Shown: piece after piece, positions 26,417 through 31,496 of the stretch
How positions within the stretch are numbered: the first letter of the stretch is position 1
Layout: each line of letters begins with the position of its first letter
IMG/VR virus record: IMGVR_UViG_3300028280_000010
Coordinates: 1 to 31,496 of that record
Length of the DNA: 31,496 nt
Reading direction: 5' to 3' (one strand)
DNA from: a virus
Taxonomy: Duplodnaviria > Caudoviricetes
The notes under the pieces: model-generated
What the model was told of the DNA's origin: nothing
Seen by the model: the letters and a program-made list of their open reading frames with translations, nothing else
Databases searched by the model: none
Position numbers and translations under genes: made by a program

Positions 26417-27163
26417 TTATTTTACAATTGATATACAATCATTCTTTTCATACACAGCGTCTAGCTTATCTTGCTGTTTATATAAAAGAGGATCTTGTAA
26501 CTTTGCGTCTATAAAACCTTTTAATCTAAGAGCACTACTTGCACTGTTTGCATCACAAGGATATTCACCAGAATAGCATGTATATGTATCAGCAAAATTA
26601 ACTCCAAGCTCTACACCATTTAAAATAATCTGTTTTTTACTCATTTTTAGTAAAGGAGCTCTCACTCTTACATCTACTTCACGATTTAATAAACAAATCT
26701 GATTCATTTTATCTACAAATTGTACCGAACCATCCCAATAACCAGCAAGACTATCGGCTTCTGCTGCACCGTACCACACTTCATCAGCTTCCATTTTTTC
26801 TGCATATGATAGTAATATGCTTAAAAACATTAAATTACGAAATGGTACATATGATTTAGGTTGAGCCTCACCCATTATATCTTTTACATCAGGTGTATCT
26901 ATATCATCATTAGTAAGAGAAGATGTATCAGCTATATCCTTAATATAAGTAACGTCTAATAATTTATTAGTAAATGTAACATTAGGAAAGTCATGCTTAG
27001 CATTTACTAACTGCTTTTCAGCTGCTTCTAATTCTTTATCATGACGCTGACCATAATTAAAAGTTACAGTATGTACTTCATTATATTGTTCAGCTGCTTT
27101 ATAAAGCAGTACAGATGAATCCATTCCACCTGATAAGGTTATAACTATTTTATTCTTCTTCAT
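26417..27163 (-). CDS. queC: QueC-family PP-loop ATPase (7-cyano-7-deazaguanine synthase-like) with an atypical zinc site
   Basis: LSGGMDSS, FNYGQRH..EL, SSLT, SYVPFRNLMFLS, APLLKMSK and TYTCY. Deviations: YWDGS for the usual YPDCR and CDANSASSALR for the usual CGxCxSCxxR. Confidence 0.85.
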   Translation of the reverse strand: MKKNKIVITLSGGMDSSVLLYKAAEQYNEVHTVTFNYGQRHDKELEAAEKQLVNAKHDFPNVTFTNKLLDVTYIKDIADTSSLTNDDIDTPDVKDIMGEAQPKSYVPFRNLMFLSILLSYAEKMEADEVWYGAAEADSLAGYWDGSVQFVDKMNQICLLNREVDVRVRAPLLKMSKKQIILNGVELGVNFADTYTCYSGEYPCDANSASSALRLKGFIDAKLQDPLLYKQQDKLDAVYEKNDCISIVK

Positions 27164-28250
27164 CGTTTACTTCATCTGGTATAATTTCATCTTCTTCAGA
27201 TTTATTACTATACTTCCATTCTTGTTTAATTTTCTCTTCAACAACTGGTATAATAGTATTATCCCACAGTTCCGTATCATCTTTCCACTTACTATAATAT
27301 CCAAGTTTCTTACCATCTGGTAATGTATAAGTAGAACCAGTTTGTATAACTGCTCCTAAACCTACTGCAAGATCTAATAGACCATAATACTTGTTTAAAC
27401 CTTTATCGAAAGATAGATACATTTCACCTTGCAAGTATTGCTTAACAAATCTATTTTTAACCGTTAATGCTCTAAGTATAACACCTGAATAATTCTTCTG
27501 ACCAACAGCTAACTTACCATCTGTATTTTTATCTTCTTTAACAGGTTTACGGGCTAATTGAATAGTAACTGAAGGGAGGTAAACAGTAGCAGTACCACCA
27601 GGCATTGCTTTAACTAAAGAAGGAAATAATGCAGCCGGATCTTCATAGATATGATTAGTAGCTAGAATAGTAGTTTTAGTTAATCCCGATAACTGAGTTA
27701 AAGTGCGTAATAAAGATTTCATAGCTTTAGCTCTACTACCCATATCAGCACTTACATTGCCTTTCGTCTGGCGATTAATCTGTAATTGACTCTCCATATT
27801 ACCTAACGAATCAATAGCTATAATAAATTTACCTTCTTGACCATTTTCCTTCACTTTAGTTAAGAAGTCAAAAATAGTATTACGACATTCTTCAATACTA
27901 AAAACAGGTACATATTTTACTTTGCTAACATCTAACCCTAACGCTTCGGCACCGTCTTTATCAATAGCGTTTTCACTATCAAAAATAACTGGTATTAAAC
28001 CTTCTTTCTGGGCATTGGCTAAAATCTTTTGCAATATAAAACTCTTACCAGTCATACTAGGACCAGCTAATAAGGTCATTCTATTTCTCGGTATACCACC
28101 GAATAATGAACCAGACACGATACCATTTAGTACCATCGATCCAGTATCTAACCAACCATCTACATTACTAATAGCACTTTCATTTAAGAAAGATGCATAT
28201 GGATTAGATTTATCAATTACAGATAAAATATCATCAATTTCTTTACTCAT
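27150..28250 (-). CDS. uvsX: RecA-family recombinase (T4 UvsX-like)
   Basis: DTGSMVLNGIVSG...GGIP, Walker A AGPSMTGKS, FDSENA, IDSLG, ADMGSRAK, TNHIY, GG and KNRF motifs. Confidence 0.93.
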   Translation of the reverse strand: MSKEIDDILSVIDKSNPYASFLNESAISNVDGWLDTGSMVLNGIVSGSLFGGIPRNRMTLLAGPSMTGKSFILQKILANAQKEGLIPVIFDSENAIDKDGAEALGLDVSKVKYVPVFSIEECRNTIFDFLTKVKENGQEGKFIIAIDSLGNMESQLQINRQTKGNVSADMGSRAKAMKSLLRTLTQLSGLTKTTILATNHIYEDPAALFPSLVKAMPGGTATVYLPSVTIQLARKPVKEDKNTDGKLAVGQKNYSGVILRALTVKNRFVKQYLQGEMYLSFDKGLNKYYGLLDLAVGLGAVIQTGSTYTLPDGKKLGYYSKWKDDTELWDNTIIPVVEEKIKQEWKYSNKSEEDEIIPDEVNDEEE

Positions 28251-28258
28251 ATACTACT

Positions 28259-28286
28259 ATTATATAACCGTTCCTCCTATAATCAA
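28259..28286 (-). promoter_or_regulatory. Sigma70-like promoter TTGATT-N16-TATAAT (uvsX-queC)
   Basis: The -10 box ends 8 nt before ATG 28250. Confidence 0.7.
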
Positions 28287-28314
28287 ATATTTCTTGAGTT
28301 ATAATCATAGGAAA

Positions 28315-28351
28315 CCTCTCATATTTTTTAGTTATGAGAGGCTGTTTTTTT
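28315..28351. terminator. Hairpin, probable terminator
   Basis: CCTCTCATA-N9-TATGAGAGG, downstream of the 28368..28742 gene. The longer T-tract is on the plus side, so orientation is uncertain. Confidence 0.6.
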
Positions 28352-28367
28352 ATTTATTTTTTTTTTA

Positions 28368-28742
28368 TTATTCGTCGAAGAGCTTAATAACTTCTGGCTC
28401 TTCATTATTACCCGCTACAGGTGTATTTGGTACTAAAGTTGGGTTGACAATTTTTTCGTATTGTTCAACAATACGACTTTCAATTGAAAAACCTGTACCT
28501 ACAGCGATATTACTTTTTCTATACGTAAAGTAGTTAGCACGAGATTCATTATCATCAGGTGTTACAAATTCTTGAAAAAATAAAGGAAATAATTGAACAG
28601 CCATTTGACCTTGTTCTCCTTGTTGAACGGTAATCATTACCGGGTTCTTTACGATGAGCTCTTCAGGTGTATCTGCTTCTACTTCTGCAAAAACTGCACG
28701 ACCAGCGTTATCGATAAATGTACTATAATTTTTTTCTTCCAT
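28368..28742 (-). CDS. Hypothetical protein
   Basis: 124 aa, beta-rich N-terminus (LIVKNPVMI...VQLFPLFF), with its own promoter. Confidence 0.7.
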   Translation of the reverse strand: MEEKNYSTFIDNAGRAVFAEVEADTPEELIVKNPVMITVQQGEQGQMAVQLFPLFFQEFVTPDDNESRANYFTYRKSNIAVGTGFSIESRIVEQYEKIVNPTLVPNTPVAGNNEEPEVIKLFDE

Positions 28743-28748
28743 ACATAT

Positions 28749-28776
28749 ATTTTATATTATTAGATTAAAATATCAA
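28749..28776 (-). promoter_or_regulatory. Sigma70-like promoter TTGATA-N16-TAAAAT
   Basis: The -10 box ends 6 nt before ATG 28742. Confidence 0.6.
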
Positions 28777-28826
28777 CCTAAAAGATCGTTTTTTATTAAT
28801 AAAACCAGTATATGCAGTACAGAAAG

Positions 28827-28834
28827 TATAAATA
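28827..28834 (+). promoter_or_regulatory. Late promoter TATAAATA for the endonuclease
   Basis: TATAAATA-TTATT-ATG(28840). Confidence 0.7.
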
Positions 28835-28839
28835 TTATT

Positions 28840-29472
28840 ATGCAAGGATTTGTTTACAAAATAACTAATAATATAAACGGAAAAAATTATATTGGTATAA
28901 CTACAAGAAGCATTAAAGAACGATGGAAAGAACACTGCCGTTTATCAGTTCTTAAAAAAAATAAATTTAAGCTATACCCTGCAATGAACAAGTATGGTAA
29001 AGATAACTTTACGATATGTGAGCTTTATAAAACTACAGATATGGATGATTTAAATCTAAAAGAGAAATTCTATATACAACATTATAATACAATTGATATC
29101 GGTTATAATATTTTAACCGGTGGTTATAATTCTAAGCATACAGATTCATCAAAAAAACGTATAAGTGAGGCTAGATTAAAATACGGTTCCCCGTTTAATA
29201 TAGGTAGAAAGCATTCAAAAGAGCGTACTGAAAAAATGCATAAAACCAGAATGGAAAGATATGGTACTTTAAAGACCTGTAAGTCAGGCGAAGAAAATCC
29301 AAATTATAAACCTTTCGATAAGCAAACATTTGAACAGTTAGTTAGAGAAGGTAAAAAATTACATCAAATAACAGAAATACTTTCTCTAGATGAATCTACA
29401 GTAAGATTAAAATATAAAAAAATATACGGTAATATTAGCTTCCCCTCACTTAAAAAAATGTTAATTAAGTAA
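28840..29472 (+). mobile_element. Free-standing GIY-YIG homing endonuclease gene (Seg-like)
   Basis: FVYKITNNINGKNYIGIT..IKERWKEH, E..YI and GYN catalytic domain; NUMOD3-like HTDSSKKRIS and GRKHSKE; GEENPNY; C-terminal HTH-like segment. Antisense to its neighbours. Confidence 0.88.
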
Positions 29473-31496
29473 ATCGAAAAGATTAGTCATCACCGCATTA
29501 CCTGGTTTTTGAATAGACCATTTAACATTATCGTAAAATCTTTCAATGATATTGTAAAGATTTTTCTCGAACATTTTATCGTAATCAACGTGAAATATTT
29601 TTTTAAACTCATCTGGGTAATAATATTTGTATGCTAAACTTGGTAAGTTATACGGGTTAGGTTGTTGTAAGTAAAAATATCTAACTTTATCACCTGAACT
29701 AATAGTTTCATACTTTTTCTCTATATCAAATTTTTTAAGTAGCATATTATGATAGTAAGCAGCTTTAACGTGTATAGGCATACCTTTTGCAGTTTTCCAA
29801 TCATCACATTGACCTGCATATTTTTCATAGCCTTTTAAACCAGATACAAACGTAATATCTTCGACTGGTAAATCTTTAAATATCTTATACGTTTTATCTA
29901 GAACTGCATTAGTTTTAGCAATACTTTGAGTAGATAGCATCGTTTCGATAATTTCTTTTACATGAGGTTTAATAGCATCAGGCATTGTACTTCTAACAAC
30001 CTCAACCCCAGTATACTTATACTTATCCATTGGTATACCTTCATCATCTAAAATATGCATAACATAGCGTTTCTTCTGCAAAAACACACCTACATCAGCT
30101 ATAACCTCACGTTTAAAGATAAATCTACAGTCTTTAGAATTTAAGTTTTTACCACCCCATACTTTAATTTCATCATTTAAGAAATCTTCAATATTTTGTA
30201 CTTCATCATGAAATGCTTGAGTTAATTTACCTGAATCATCTTTAAATGTTAAACCGGCTTTAACGAGAGGTTTAACTGAAATATAACTACTATCAGTATC
30301 GTTATATATGATACAATCATTTAGAGTTTTTTCATCTTCAATATTAGCTTTTTCTTTAATATACTTTTTAAGTAATTCGTTTGATTGCTTAATAACTGCT
30401 TGACCAGTTAATGTAATTGAAGCTGCAATATCATCATCACCAAAAGGTGCATGCTTATTACCAAAGTAACCGTAAATGGAATTAATTAAAACCTTAATAC
30501 ATAACTGCTTTGCATCTAATTGTTCTATCTCAAATTTAAGTTCTTTATTCTTATTCTTAGAATATTCTCTTTTTAATTTACCTAGTTTAGTTTTAACAGT
30601 AACCCTTTTATCATAGTAATAATCTAAAATTTCAGGCATAACACCTTTTTTCTTTTGAGTAAATAATACGTTCGCTTTACTAATAGCTATTTCTTCCTTT
30701 TTACAGAACTTTAAAAACTTCTCATGACTCAATGTAAAAACTTGACCATTAGCATGCCGTATAACTATTTCATTATTATTCTTATCTTCAATCTTACCTA
30801 CTTTAGTTTCCGGAGACATATTTAGAGATATCATCACATTCGGATACAGAGAGTTAGCATCAAACGATATAATATTTTCTTGAAACCCCTTCAAAGGCTC
30901 ACCAACATAAGCACCCGGGTTCTTACCAGTGTCTGCATTTCTAATAAACGAAGGTACACACTGACCACGCTTTCTTGATATAACTGCAGTTGCACCATTA
31001 ATTACCGATAGAGATCCCATAGCAGCTTCAAAGGTAGTTAAACCCACGTAAGCTAACATCTTAATTAGTTCTGTATACTTTAGTTTATCTTCTAAGTTAG
31101 TTAGCAGTCTAACGTCTTGAATATTATATTCAACAAACGTCTGCCAATCAGTATCAGCTAGAGTAGCAAGATTCATATTACCAAAATCTACTTTCTTTTC
31201 ACCTAACTCGGCCTCACCAATCGCATCAAGTTTATAACTTTCTTTTACACCTACCGAAAAACGTTTATATACGTCTAAATAGTCAATTAATGAAATACCT
31301 TCAACATACCAACGTTGCTGCTCTTGACCAAACTGACCCCGTATTGTTCTACTATAAACCTTACCAGAAGGTGATATTCTATTAGTCCATTCCTCACCAA
31401 GTATACGAGTACACCTATTTAAGATATAAGGTAAATCAAAAAACTCACTATTCCAACCTGACATAATATCAGGATAATCTTTTTCAACATACTCAA
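29461..31496 (-). CDS. Family B DNA polymerase (T4 gp43-like), 5'-truncated by the window edge
   Basis: Frame open to the window end (...EYVEKDYPDIMSGWNSEFFD). ExoII GWNSEFFD, SYKLD, ExoIII YNIQDV; polymerase motifs SFDANSLYP, KVLINSIYG, YNDTDS and KKRY. Confidence 0.97.
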   Translation of the reverse strand, partial: EYVEKDYPDIMSGWNSEFFDLPYILNRCTRILGEEWTNRISPSGKVYSRTIRGQFGQEQQRWYVEGISLIDYLDVYKRFSVGVKESYKLDAIGEAELGEKKVDFGNMNLATLADTDWQTFVEYNIQDVRLLTNLEDKLKYTELIKMLAYVGLTTFEAAMGSLSVINGATAVISRKRGQCVPSFIRNADTGKNPGAYVGEPLKGFQENIISFDANSLYPNVMISLNMSPETKVGKIEDKNNNEIVIRHANGQVFTLSHEKFLKFCKKEEIAISKANVLFTQKKKGVMPEILDYYYDKRVTVKTKLGKLKREYSKNKNKELKFEIEQLDAKQLCIKVLINSIYGYFGNKHAPFGDDDIAASITLTGQAVIKQSNELLKKYIKEKANIEDEKTLNDCIIYNDTDSSYISVKPLVKAGLTFKDDSGKLTQAFHDEVQNIEDFLNDEIKVWGGKNLNSKDCRFIFKREVIADVGVFLQKKRYVMHILDDEGIPMDKYKYTGVEVVRSTMPDAIKPHVKEIIETMLSTQSIAKTNAVLDKTYKIFKDLPVEDITFVSGLKGYEKYAGQCDDWKTAKGMPIHVKAAYYHNMLLKKFDIEKKYETISSGDKVRYFYLQQPNPYNLPSLAYKYYYPDEFKKIFHVDYDKMFEKNLYNIIERFYDNVKWSIQKPGNAVMTNLFDLLN

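Noticed and set aside
24264-27163. QatABCD or type IV CBASS defence system
   Set aside because: QueC and a GATase are present, but no QatA-like ATPase, TatD nuclease, CD-NTase or TGT was recognised, and the context is a phage replisome.
27922-28533. 203-aa plus-strand ORF
   Set aside because: Antisense shadow across uvsX, the intergenic region and the next gene; it translates poly-T tracts (FFYLFFFYY) and has no promoter of either class.
28840-29472. Possible group I intron around the GIY-YIG gene
   Set aside because: The polymerase frame is complete to a natural-looking C-terminus, the endonuclease is antisense with its own promoter, and the short flanks leave no room for a ribozyme core.
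30289-30306. Polymerase motif C reads YNDTDS instead of YGDTDS
   Set aside because: Variation at this position occurs among phage family B polymerases, so it is not evidence by itself for modified-nucleotide specificity.
1-31496. Stop-codon reassignment, as seen in some large phages
   Set aside because: Conserved genes are full length in the standard code, and TAA, TAG and TGA all end genes at sensible positions.
1-31496. tRNA, rRNA, CRISPR array or intein
   Set aside because: Intergenic gaps are mostly under about 120 nt and are explained by promoters and terminators. No cloverleaf or repeat-spacer pattern was seen. Terminase, helicase, UvsX and polymerase show no intein-sized insertions.

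Overview
AT-rich (about 30% GC by eye), densely coding fragment of a large T4-like myophage genome in the standard genetic code. The left part is a virion and packaging module: partial tube/baseplate-type gene, tail tube, two paralogous fibre-like genes, tail sheath, gp3-like tail terminator, large terminase, gp14-like neck protein and several acidic candidate head-internal proteins. The rest is a replication/recombination module: primase, RNase H-type 5' nuclease, sliding clamp, gp32 SSB, gp59-like loader, DHH phosphoesterase, gp41 helicase, UvsX and a 5'-truncated family B polymerase with a convergent GIY-YIG endonuclease. Two accessory blocks sit inside the replication module. One is a three-gene NDP-rhamnose-type pathway (RmlA, RmlB and an NRS/ER-like enzyme, with no RmlC in the window). 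The other is a candidate DNA/nucleotide hypermodification set: an atypical QueC, a class II glutamine amidotransferase, a GNAT, a DUF5664-type dATP/dGTP diphosphohydrolase and a GT2, the last four overlapping in a chain that runs into the helicase. A T4-type late promoter core (TAAATA) lies exactly 5 nt before 13 start codons, and a TTGAWW-N16-TAWAAT promoter lies 6-8 nt before 6 others, which suggests largely leaderless mRNAs. All calls come from motif recognition by eye; no database searches were run.
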